NCBI GenBank assembly: GCA_020536535.1
Contig: JAHLWZ010000793.1
Coordinates: 1-64,000 of the forward strand
Direction of reading: 5' to 3'
Length of the DNA stretch: 64,000 nt
Origin: Pelomyxa schiedti
Lineage: Eukaryota; Protista; Evosea
Shown: in pieces, positions 39,918 to 55,647 of the stretch
How the letters are laid out: each line of letters opens with the position of its first letter
Numbering within the stretch: position 1 is the stretch's first letter
Program-made: the position numbers and the translations under genes
Notes under the pieces: generated by a model
Databases searched by the model: none
What the model was told of the DNA's origin: nothing
What the model saw: only the letters and a program-made list of their open reading frames with translations

Positions 39918-40801
39918 CAAATAAAACTAAATGAGAAATATCACAGTGGGGGGTTTTTTGATACAAAAAGCCCAAACAGGGAAGGGAAGAACCACACATG
40001 TGGACCCAAGATTTTTTTGGTTGCTCATTGAGGAACTTTTTACATATGAAAAAACAAATCAAATGGTGCCACAGGCACTGGTTTGGCACCTATACACACG
40101 GGGGCTGTGGTTTTGTATTTTTTTGTTTTTTGTGGTTTGTGGTGGTATTATTTGCTATGAGACAGTGTTTGGTACCAAGGTGTTTGTGGTGGAACCTGTA
40201 AGCTGGCTCGAAAAGTGTACTGGCAAAGCTGGTAGTAACCCACTCCAAAACACCAACCTGGCTATAGATCGACTTATAGTTCGAAAGGCAGTAGCTCTAA
40301 TGTACCGAAACATCGCACTCCCTCAATGTTAACCTCCAATACTGTGACATTTTGTGGGCGTACTTGTTGTTCTAATCAATGATCTTATCATCTGTTGGAT
40401 TTCTGGGAAAACTACAGCGAATCTGTTGGGACCCTGGGCACTGTGTGGTGGTAACTATCTAAACCCAATCCACCTCTGAACACCTTTTGTTACTTTCCAC
40501 ACGGGGTGGAGGGTAACGTTTTGCTCCCATGCCAAATAACAATAAGAACACTCCTGTACCGATAAAAACCACAAGCGATGTAGGCTACTTACGACGGACC
40601 AAAAAGATGCCAAATGACGGGCGAAGTGCGAGCAAGAGCGCACATAAGAAACAAAAGGGCAAACAGTGCGAGACACACGCGGCACCAAGCGCAACAGGGA
40701 AAACAATCACGATTGAAACAACGCCAATCAAACCGTCCCTAGAGGGAGCAATACCCAACAAGCTCAACCGCACATGGAAGACACTTTCTCCCATGTACAA
40801 T

Positions 40802-44130
<3,329 letters not shown>

Positions 44131-44340
44131 CTTTGTTTCTGGTGAATCTGATCTTCTTGATGCAGAATGGGTGTCGATGGACTCGCTAGAGTCGGCGATT
44201 AGCTTGCCCACGTAGCGACTGGTCGGTGGTTTGGGTGCCTATCGAAATAGGAGTGGTGTATAAACAGATATTCGACGAAGGAAAGTCTTCTTTAGGCTGA
44301 ACAACACCGACACAGCAACACAGCGGAACAGAAGAGGAGT
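44131..44340. promoter_or_regulatory. Putative bidirectional promoter between RPH-like and TLC genes
   Basis: Only 210 bp separate the divergent ATGs; inferred from layout. Confidence 0.4.
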
Positions 44341-45427
44341 ATGGAGATTGTGGTTACGGGGTGGGAATGGGCCACGAGGGTGTGCGGGGGGAACGTGGTG
44401 CTCGCAACCACCGTCGCGTCGTTCGTTGCGTGGGTGGTGATGTTCGGGGCCCTGTGGGTGTTGCCCATCATCAAATTCTTACTTCCTGAGACAGCCGTGT
44501 CTACACAGTGCACGGCTTGCCACGTGCGTCTTGGTTTTTTTTTTTTTTTGTCATGGACCATTGGGATTGGGATGGTTTTTATTGTTGGTAGTTATTGACG
44601 GGGTGAAGAAAATTATCAGCTTGGTGCATGGTGCTATATCTGCACTGGCCGCTTTCTACGGCATATGGTGGTTTATTAAGGAATATAACGTGACGAACCT
44701 CTCTTCGTTTCTTATGGCTGTGCCGGTAAAACCCAGGGAGGATGTAACTCTGGAAATTGGTGTGCCTTTTCCCGCTGTGAAGTTATCTTATTGTGATTCA
44801 GTCATGGCGATAACTTTGGGGTATTTCTTTGCTGACTGGATAACATGTGCTCTTGATAAATACGGGAAATTCACACTCGTTGATTGGTATTTCAAGCAAC
44901 TATATTATGTCCATGGCTAAAGAACATAGGGTGCACCACACTGTATCAGCTGGACAATATGTTTTAATGCTATATTACCGATGGGGGTTGATCATCCCTG
45001 TGTTGTTGCAGACTGTATGTAAACCTTTTTAACTCCACCGCCCGTTCCTAATACATTTTCCAAACAGAATGAAATGAGCACACCATCTCTCAATGCCCGC
45101 TGGCTCCTTGGCCACTCCAAATCGTGGAATGGCAGCCTTCTCCACACACTTTCTGTTGTCTCCCTTGGAGTTCTGTTCATTCTAGGCCGAGTCATATTCG
45201 CCTCCGCCGTACTAGTTGCTGTCTGGTACCTCCGGCTCAGCAACCTCTGGCCCGAGGGCAAGGACGAACCCACTGTACCCCCACATTGGTATGGTGATGT
45301 GAGTGTTGGCTCAGTATCTCTCTATTGCCTGGTGCAGTACTTCTTCTTCTTCAAGATACTCCAGGTTGTTATATTGGGACCAGCAAAGAAGCCCACCTCT
45401 GGCACCCCACACAACAAATCAGAGTGA
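44341..45427 (+). CDS. TLC (TRAM/LAG1/CLN8) domain membrane protein
   Basis: [44 protein letters not shown] and a hydrophobic multi-pass profile. Confidence 0.8.
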
Positions 45428-45665
45428 GCCAACACACAGGCCCTTAATTAAAACAAAAAATAACAACAGCCTTTCACATCTAAGAAGCACAAACATCAAC
45501 CAAGTCATAGAAAAAAAAAAAATACGCCCAAATCCAGTTCCAGAAAACAATCAGAAAGATCAAACGGTTTTTTGCGGGGCAAACGACAAACAAAAAAAAG
45601 AAATACGAACTCAGCTCACCACAACACCCCAAGATCTCCCGTTACAACCATTATCAGTTTCAGCA

Positions 45666-48600
45666 ATGAGTACTTCACCGTCTTCGACACAACGCAAGCC
45701 GCTAACGACAAGATCTACGTTAGCGACGACGCGCAACACTACCTTGACTGCCAGATCCACGGCATTTGTTCCCAAATCCACCGCCGCAAAAAAAACGGCC
45801 TCGCCCACAAGCTCCCCGCCCATCGCCGAACCACCAACGGCCTCTTGGTCATCGGCCTCATCGGGAGCAGTTACCCCGCCTCTGACTGCTTCCTCTTCGG
45901 TTTCCACGACGCGCCCCACTACGCCACCACCTGGAACAGCAGCTGCTTCGTCTGCGGCCGCCACAGCACCGGTTATGGGTCCTCCTGTGAAGGCAATGTC
46001 GGTGGCTGACAGTATGGCAGCGAAAAGTGGCACGGTGGGCAAGTGGAGAAGCGCCCGTGTGTTCATCTCTTCCACGTTCAGGGACATGCACGGTGAAAGA
46101 GATTATTTGACAAGAACGGTGTTTCCAGAACTGCAAGAAAGGTAGCTTACATGTTCTTTCACCCTTCACCCTTTTATCTTCCATGGGAGTGACAATGGTT
46201 AATCTTCCTTCAGGTGCAACAAGATTAGAGTTAGAGTAACCCCTGTGGATCTCCGGTGGGGTGTAACAGAAGAAGATACCAACGCGGCCCTGGAGCTATG
46301 TCTCACCGAAGTTGATAACTGTCGCCCATTTTTCATTGGCCTTTTGGCGAACAGGTTGTGATTTTATCATTGGTCGACCTCTCTTTATTTATGTCACATA
46401 GGTATGGGTGGGTTCCAAAGAGTTACGATGTACCCGACGCCCCAGAATTTGAGTGGGTGAAGAGTGTACCAGGTTCTTTTATTGTTTTTCTGTTTAAGCT
46501 TTCTCATATTTGAAAAGCTGGGTATTCTATTACCCACCTTGAGGTAATGCATGGATTTCTCAACAATCCTGATAAATCGGCCGCGGCATTTTATTTCCGA
46601 GACCCAACGTTCCAAGCAAACGTCCCCTCTGAGGCACTCAGGTAGGGGACTACCCCTTTTGGACTTTCTCACATTTTCCAGAGATTTTGAATCGGAAAAT
46701 TTCAATGCCAAGGAGCAATTAAAGAATTTGAAGGCATCCATTAAAAGGTGCACCTTTCTTTTCTTTTCTTCTTGCTTTGTAATTGGAAATAGGGCGGGAG
46801 CTACAGTATACGAAGACTACCCATGCCACTGGAAAGGTGTTGTTGACGGGAAGCCAATGGTGGGGGGTCTGGAGGCCTTTGGTCAGCACGTAACAGAGTT
46901 TTTGTGGAATTCTTTCCAGAAACATTTCCCACAAGTTTGTGATTGTGGTTTTTTTCCTTTAAGCTAACCTGTTTGTAGGAATTGGTAGACATGACGCCAA
47001 TAGAGGCTGCGAGAGCGGAGCACGAAAATTTCATAGGCATGACGCCAAAAGTTCCTCCTTTCCCCTAATAAATATAGAAACACATTCCCGTTCCTTCGTG
47101 GGGAGACGCAAACTTCTTGATGACCTCAAGAACTATGCAGATGGGGTATCAACTACTCCCCTCGTCGTTATTGGTGAACCTGGTGGAGGTATTTCTTTCC
47201 TCTTTTTATTATCTTTCCTTAAATTTTCAAGGCAAGACTTCTCTTGTGGCAGCATTCGCACGGGAGTATATGTCCTCAAGGGGTGAAAGGCTTTGTGCTG
47301 TCATACCTCATTTCATTGGGGGTGCTGCTGGGTCCACGGATATAAGAAGGTTGCTTTGTCTTGGTGGGTAAGGTCTAACCTATTCCTGTCTGCAGGACTC
47401 TATCTCGCTTGTGCTCTGAGCTGGCGTCTCCTCTTAAATACAAGGAAGAGATTCCTGAGGACTTCCAAGACCTAAAGGTTTTCCTGTTCTTGACAGAGTA
47501 TTCCCGTTAATGAAAATTAGGCGCTGTTTTCCAAATTGATATGCGATACTGCAAAAGACTACATTGGGCAAATTGTGCTCATTATTGATGCTCTTAATCA
47601 GCTCGATACGTCATACAATGCCCATTCGTTGGATTGGCTCCCTAACACTTTCCCCACAAATGTGAAAATTGTTGTCAGCACCTTGAGGGTATGTGAAGCT
47701 TCTTGTACATGAAAATTGAGTTGTGGCAGGGAAAATGCCTTGAGGTTTTACAAAGGAGAGAGACTACTGAACTTACTGTGGGGCCACTCACTCGTGACGA
47801 GCAGAAAGAAATTGTAAGAAAAACTCTTTGGGAGTATCGGTATATACACATTCTTTTGTTTCCTCTGCTAAGGAAAATAGTAAAAAGCTTGATGAAAGAC
47901 CTGAGAATGACCAAATGGGCCTTCTTTTGAAGAAGAAAGACGCATCAAAGCCGTTGTACCTTATTGTCGCTTGTGGTATGTGTATCTAGGTTTTCAATAC
48001 ACCCTCCAAGCCTTCCTTCAAACTAGAGGAGCTACGTGTTTTTGGTGTATTTGAGCAGTTGAGTAAAAAGATACAATCCTTCTCAGAAACAGTAGCACTT
48101 CTGTTCCAAGATGTACTCGAAAGGTACCGATCGTTCCTCTTCCTTCACTCTAAAGTGATGATAGGCTTGAATCTGATCATGGGCGTGAACTTGTCTCAAA
48201 CGCACTCAGTCTCCTCAAGGCCAGCCGCAGTGGTCTTCTGGAAAAGGAGATGTTAGCAGCACTGGGGTATGCTGGTTCAATGGCCACCCCAATTTTTGGA
48301 CCACTCAAGCAAAACCTATCTCAAAATACTTGGGCAAAACTATACCGCAGTCTTAAGTGCGTTTACAGTTACTTGTATACTCTCATTCTCAACCTGTTAC
48401 AGGTCTTATTTATTACCAGTTGGTGATAGTGGGGAAGGGACTTTGAACTTCTTCCATCAGCAACTAAGTTTTGCTGTTGAGGCACGGTATTTCGACGGTG
48501 CATCAGGTTTCTCAAATTTGTTTCTTGCACTCTCTGTTTATAATGCAACGCAGGCAAACTGATGAAAGAGAAGATCAACCGCCGACTTGCTGACTACTTT

Positions 48601-51600
48601 ATGGACGTGGCTGACCCCCACCACAATATGTCATGGGTTGGAGAGGGACGCGGCATGTCGGAAGTTGTCTATCACATTGTATGCTATACTCAGTAATGTT
48701 ACTTCTGAGTTCTTTCAGTTATTTGGACGCATGTGGGGAGAACTTCACAAGACTTTATGTGATTTGTGCTTCATAGAGAATAAATGCAGAGCTGGGCTAG
48801 CCTATGAGCTTGTAACTGACTATTTAAGATCTTGCACAGATACCGAACCAGAAAACTCAGAAGGTATAACCAAAACTCAAATGAGACCTAATGATATTAG
48901 ATATTATCAGCAAGCAGGCGTGTGACTTGGCCAAAGAATTCAGCGCGAAGTGTACCGAGCTCTCTCGCCAGGTGAAAGAGTTTCTGGGCTTTGTACAGGG
49001 CAGGCACGGCTTCCATTTTTTACTACACCACCTTATCTCCTACAGAGTGCACGTTCTAACCAAAAAGCCACATGAGGCATTTGCACTCGCAGCAAACCTT
49101 CCAAGTAAGTCTGCTCCAGCTCTGACAGCTGCGGAAAGGTACTCTTTCTTCCCCGCCTCGGTATTATTTCCTTACAACCTGCAGGTGGAACAGAAGAGTA
49201 GAAACGTACTTCCAGCACCCTTTTAATGTCTTTTTTTGATGAAATGTTTTAGTCGAGCCTGGTTGGAGTGGACCAATAAACCACAAGAGGCCAATCCTTG
49301 TGTGCTTACCTTTGCTGGACACAATATGGTTGTTAGGGAGGTTCACTTCAATCCAACCAATCCTCTTCGTGCCGTAAGTTGCTCTGATGATACAAACGTA
49401 TTTATCTGGAACACCAAGACTGGTTTGTTCTGCATTCTCCCCCTTTTTTTCTTATCAACCTCTAGGGGAGGAAGAAAAGGCCTTGAAAGGCCATAAAATG
49501 AGTGTTTTATCCTGCTGCTGGAATTTTGATGGATCACTTATAGCCACTGGATCCTGGGATAAAACAGTGAAGGTAGTATGGCTCTCTTTATCGGTTCTCT
49601 GACATCGTCCACAGATTTGGAACGCTACCACTGGTGTGGAAGTAATCACGATAGCTTCTCACAAAGGAGTGATTAACCGTGTGGCTTTTTCATCCAAGAA
49701 CCAATTACTTACAGCTTCTGCCGATAAAACTTGCAAGGTAAGGTTCATATTTTCCTAAATGATAGTGACACCCAAAGGTCTTTGATTCGACTGGCAATGA
49801 ACTTGCCACCCTCAAAGAGCACACAGCATCTTGCACAGGGTGCAGTTGGTCCCCGGACGGTTCCATGATTGCAACGTGCAGCCAAGATCGCGTTGTCAAA
49901 GTGAGCACCCTTAATGTGCTTCCATTGTTTTCATTTTTTCAATAGTTGTGGGACGGCACTACCTACGCGTGTATCCGCACACTCTCTGGGCATGTGAAAT
50001 CCATAAACAACGTCAAGTTCTCTCCTGACGGGAAACAAGTCATATCAGCAGGGGACGACCGAGACGCTATTGTATCTTTCGTTTTACCTTCAATTACTTA
50101 CTTCGACATAGATCTGGAATGTTGCTACTGGAGGTGTTGTGGTTCGCCTCTCTGAGCACAAGGATGGCGTTTGTGATGTAGACTTCCTCCCAAGTGGAGA
50201 TAAAGTTGTCACCACTTCACATGATAATATGGTTAGGGTATGTCACTTGTGGCCGGATTTCTCCCTTTGATACAGTGATAGATTTTCGACTCGAGCAGTG
50301 GAGATTTAATTTATACCCTCCTTGGACACACTGGCAGTGTGTTCTACTGTTGTGCCGGTCCTGACAACGTACATGTCGCCACCTGCTCATTTGATAGGAG
50401 TGCCAAAATTTGGGATTTGTCCCTTGCCAAAGCTGGCATTTGTGGGCATACTGCCCGTATCCTGGCCCTGGCCTACAACAACAACGGGTCGTTACTTGTG
50501 ACGGCATCCAGAGATAAAACCCTCAAGGTATCAAGGAGTGCACTGATTTTTTCTCAACATCACACAGGTGTGGGATGTCGCCAAATGCACGGAACTTCTG
50601 ACTTTAGCGGGACACACAAGGTAATACCATTAAATCGGTGACTCTAATTTTTTGCAGCAACGTTTTCTCTTGTGCCTTTTCTCCAAATGGTGAGACAGTA
50701 CTTTCTGGGTCAAGGGACCACACAATGAAGGTTTATCGACTTTGTTCCTGTGCCCACTTACCGTCATCAGTTGTGGGATACAAAGACAGGAATTTGCACA
50801 CGTACTCTAGATGGTCACACCAATATTGTGTATGGTTGTTGCTTCTCTCCAGACGGGAAAACTATTGTTTCTGCTAGCGCCGATAAGCTCATCAAGGTTT
50901 TTTCACAACCGTATTCTCTGTAAACTCACTGGCTGCAGCTTTGGGATGTTGAAACTGGAGTCCAAAAAGCTACTCTCTATGGTCATCGCTCGGATGTACT
51001 GTGTGTTGCATGGAGTCCAGATGGAAACAAAATAGTAACTGGCTCAGAAGATTTTACCCTTAAGGTATCAAAGTACAATTTGTTTCCGTTTTTTAATTTT
51101 CCAGTAGTTGTGGCATGCACTCTCGCACAGGAAACTAGCAACGTTCTGTGGCCATACGAAGTAACTTCGTCAAAGGTCTAATATTGTCAACTTACAAGTT
51201 CCTTAGGGGTGTTCATTGCTGCACATTCTCCCCTGACAGCACGAAAGTACTCTCCGGTTCTGATGACAATCAGATAAGGGTAAGCACCTTTATTAAGCTC
51301 ATTCCTGCTCATGCTTTGTAGGAATGGGATGCAAGGAATGCGAGGTGCCTCTCAGTCATATCCATCCACACCTCGACAGTTAAGGTATGTACCTCGCTAC
51401 CCTTTTATTCCTAACGGCGGTGCGAAGGGATTGAGGTATTCTCTTGATGGGACCAAGTTTGTCAGTGCCTCCACTGACAGCAGCGTAATCATTTTTGATA
51501 CCCGAACCAAGATTCCGCTTGTAACTTATACATGCCTCAGGTTCTCGCCCGTTCCACACATTTCTCTCACTTACCGTTACACACAGCCGTCTTACGTGCA

Positions 51601-51698
51601 TCTCTGTTCCTGTTGTACCGCTACTCAGGTCCGGTATTGCCACTGGTGATGGGTCTGGTGCCCTCTACTTGCTGACCCCAGTTGGCATAGAATTCTAA
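45666..51698 (+). CDS. TEP1-like STAND protein: DUF4062 + NACHT NTPase + about 14 WD40 repeats
   Basis: [18 protein letters not shown]...[10 protein letters not shown]...[22 protein letters not shown] (DUF4062 as in TEP1); Walker A GEPGGGKTS (spliced); Walker [10 protein letters not shown]; KPLYL motif; repeated GH...S.D.T.K.WD units. TAA at 51696-51698. Confidence 0.88.
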
Positions 51699-51800
51699 GC
51701 AAGTTTTTGTTTTGTTTGACTGACTGTTTTCCTGATTTTGGGAAAGAAAAAAGTACTTGCATTCTTGCAAAACTTATTTATGCTTTGAGCTTGTACTAAT

Positions 51801-53383
51801 TCACAATTTTGTCTTCTTTGATTCTCTATAAGCCCTTTTGAACGCGTCATTATTGTGTGTGGCTGCTGTGTTATTGCTGGTGAAGAGTGAAGATCCCTGA
51901 ACAGACACACCTGTGGGAGCACCGCCTTTGGCGAGGAGGAGATTGTAGGGGACTGAGGATATCGGTTTCCGCACAACAAACAGCAGCAGAACAGTGGCTC
52001 CAAACTGCGTGGTTTTTAGTAAAAAAACAAGAAGGATTTAAGCACAGTCACCTCGGGGAGCCAGTAGGCAAAGAATTCAAAAATGAAGTCGTTTATTAGC
52101 TTCCCGGTTATGGGTCTGTATGAAAACATCACTGCCTGAAGGAATATTAATGGCAGAAAGATTAGCATAACATGGGGGTAGACAAACTTGGAGCAAAAAA
52201 CACACTACACAAGTGGATAAAACCAATATCTGCCAAACGTAAGTGCGGGGGGGGGAGTAGTGGTACCTTCTCATACCAGAAGGAGAAGGGGCCTTCGGGG
52301 CACTGAGTTACATCAATTTTTTTTTTTTTAAAAAAAAAGATACTTCGAAAGTATATATCATTCTTCTCCAAGGTATATGCACGATATAGTACAAGGGCGG
52401 CTACTGTACAATAACATATGCTACAGAGAAAAGCATACACGCAAATGGTAAGCATAGCGGAGTTATAGATTACATTGTCTGCAAGAGTCTGAGCAACTGG
52501 GCTATACTATAGCGGGCAACAAAACCTACTTACCGTTTATTTCTGGTGGAGGATCCACAAGAAAGTAAATGGTTGTTGCAGTACAGTACAGATATGGCAG
52601 AGAGGTAACAACCCAGAACACCACTCGACTCATATTTGAAACCACGAGTTGCCTTTGAAGAACAGACCAGAACATGCGCTCCATCCTGGCATTTAGAGTC
52701 ACAAATAGTTTGTACGGAGTATAAAATGGGGCTTACATGTATACTATTACAACAAGCAGCGAAGTGAAAAAAAGTGCATCTGATGAAACACTGAAGAAGT
52801 ACGTGAGGCAGTAGCAGATGTTGTTCTGGAATGCAGTAACACCGGCATCGATGACAAGCGTTAGCGTGCAGTGGACCAAAGTCACTGCAAAAATAAATAT
52901 GTTAAAGTCTTGGAACTCGTACTCGTATCCCCTTACGAAAAAAGCCAATAGAATAATTATGTAGATATAAGGAGTGCATCAAATATTACTAAATTAAGGG
53001 CACTTCTCTTATCATTACTGTTAGTTATCATAACTAAGAGCCCTTACCATTGCCATTAAAAAAAAAAAGGTAAACATCAAAGTGTCGGGAAGTAGAAAAC
53101 ACACACTAATATAAAACAAGGTCAGCACAGTGTGGAACATGACCAGCCTGTTCCACCGCGTGTCGCAGGCCTTGACGTGCACCCCCAGCCGCCACGCCGT
53201 CACGCACCCCAGGGGCACCGCCCCCGCCACCGTGATCGCGTGCAGCACGAGGTCCATGTTCATCCCGCCCCCTGAGGATGAGACGGAGCTGCTGCTGGCA
53301 CCCGGTGGGGGGGATACCCAGGAGCTGCTGCTGAGCCCGTCCTCCCCGTGTTGGGCTAAGGCGGCAGGTGTTAGGGCCAACAT
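51801..53383 (-). CDS. Multi-pass membrane protein, paralog B of the gene at 38507-39917
   Basis: VLHAITVAGAVPLGCVTAWRLGVHVK...VMFHTVLTLF, LFFTSLLVVIV, FIFEFFAYWLPE-FGATVLLLFVVRKP; TGA at 51801-51803. Confidence 0.65.
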
Positions 53384-53655
53384 GATCGTGTGTGCTTGTA
53401 CAACACAACAACGAAAAAAAAAAGACCGTTCCGTTGTGATGAAGAAAAAAAGAACGGTTGGAATGATGGGGATTCCTTTTTGTGCACTTTTTGTCAATTA
53501 ATGAGTTTGTGGAGCCCACAACGGGGTAGCAGGTAACCCAACTCAGATTTCAAGAGGAGATATTCTCCGATGAGTCGGCACCCGATCCAGCCAGTGTTCT
53601 CAAGATACCCTTCACTTCACCTTCGCAGAAAACAACCTCGTTTAAACGTTCGAAC

Positions 53656-55273
53656 ATGGGGAGAGACGTTGGAGGTTGTGGGGGCGTGTGGTTGGTGGTT
53701 GCGGTTACGGTTGCGGTTGTCGCTATGGGGATCGGCGGGGCGTGGGGCTACAACGTCACGGTGTCAGTGAGGTACCCGGCGGGGCGGCTGGTGCCGCAGG
53801 GGGCGTCGCTGTACGTGAGGGGGGACGGGTGCGGGCTGAGCTGGGACAAGGGGGTGGTTGCTACGGTATACGCGACGGATGAGTGGAGGCTGGTCATCTC
53901 CGCCCCTAACGACTCCCGAAACACGACTCTCCAGCTCAAGGTTTCTTTTTTTTTTTTTTTTTTTTTTTTTTCTTACTTGCCTTGTGTGATGTGTCACCAG
54001 TTTAGTGGGCTTTTGTTAAACTGGTTTTGGTGACAGTGAGGAATTAACTTTCTTTTTTTTCCCCCTGTGTAGGTTCTGGTCAATGATAATACCAATTTGT
54101 GGCAAATCGGCGCCAATTCTGTGTACACAATTACACCTTATACTTATATCATTTATGTTTTCCCTTGGTTTTATACCTCTACCGGAGGTTACGAGTACAT
54201 AAGGTGCGATAGCTACCGTTCCTTGCACTCCCTCAATCCAAACCAGAAATGTTGTGAGTCCACAGTTACAGAATAACCGTGACCTTGTCGTTTACTTGCC
54301 CCCATCCTTTTACGAGAATACATACAAAGTCTACCAAAACATCCTTGTAATGCACGATGGCCAGGTACCACAGCCCGCAGAGCTTTCATTCTAACTCTCA
54401 AATAGAATTTATTCAATGCGTCAACTTCCTATCTCGGAATTGCTTGGCAGTGTCAGGACACCGTCGACCAACAGGTTGTTGCAGGAACCATGGAGGAGAT
54501 TGTTATCATCGGGGTGGACAATACAGATGACAGGAACAATGAACTGACTTTCTGTTACGACCCGTCCGAGTTCATGGGTAGGTACGCACAGATCCATGAG
54601 ATATCTAACAGCTGTCCAGGTGGAAAAAATGACATGTACCTAGATTACATTGAGCAAACTGTAATCCCCACAGTGATGGAATCTTACGCTGGCCGTCTTG
54701 CCCCAACACGCGACCGCCTGGGCATTCTGGGTTCATCTCTTGGTGGCATTACTTCTTGCTTTGCGTGCTGGACTCGCAGTGATGTTTATGGGCTGTAAGT
54801 GCCACAAAAGAATAATTGCACCTTGCACTCATGCACAAACACAGGTGTGGCTGTATGTCGAGTTCTTTCTGGTGGGACTCTGAGGCTTTTCTTAAACACA
54901 TCCTCATGGCCAGTCTACCCATGAACCCTATCACGATATACATGTAACATCAACCCTCAAATCCCACCGGGCTTTAACCTGTGAAAATAGAGATAGTGGA
55001 ACCGACAATGATGACATGCCGCAGACAATCGCCGTACGTGGTAGACTTGAAGAGCTAGGATGGGTTCTGGACACTAATTTGTTCTACTACCTTGACGTTG
55101 GTGGGCAGCACAATGAATACTACTGGGGCAAGAGATTCTGGATACCCATGACTGACTTGTACTTTACATCTCATTATCCCCTTTTCACAAACGCCCCCGT
55201 AACTCCCGGTCTCACACAGGTACCCAGTCCTCCCAGTTTCCTGAGTGTTTTAAAAAAGGAGAATTATGATTAG
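53656..55273 (+). CDS. Secreted alpha/beta-hydrolase (putative esterase, IroE/Fes-like) with N-terminal CBM-like beta domain
   Basis: Signal/TM segment, then LYVRGDGCGLSWDKG...W, VYLPPSFYEN...MHDGQNLF, nucleophile elbow GILGSSLGG, MSSSFWW, IDSG and GGQHNEYYWGKRF (His). The exact 3' end is uncertain. Confidence 0.8.
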
Positions 55274-55647
55274 CCTAAAGAAACGTTAAAAAACCGATAG
55301 ATAGACCTGATCTACAGTGATTTTCTTCTCACTCACTCCGGGTGCAACTCGCAACGAAATCAAATAAATTAAAACCACCATCGGCAACAAGCCCGGTTGG
55401 TGTCTCGCATCCCCAAAGTGTAAAAAACCAACGATCGAACGTAATGTACAGACCACCGGAAGATCGCGTCTGGGAACTGGTGTGTCTGGGTTTTTTGAAA
55501 AAAAAAAAAAGGGGAAAAAAAAGGTGAACCGTTGCGTTGTATTTCTAACAAAAAATGTACATGTGCGCTATTGTGGTGTTTGGTTTTTTTTTTTCCCTTT
55601 GTTGTTTGTTTGTTTGATTGTTGTGAGAGTAGATATGCCCAGTAACG

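Noticed and set aside
39931-40800. Possible small gene between membrane paralog A and the RPH-like gene (+ ORFs 39931..40332 and 40529..40819, or a spliced - strand model of about 100 aa ending near 40160)
   Set aside because: Several mutually exclusive models are possible, none with a recognisable motif, so it was left unannotated. RNA-seq is needed.
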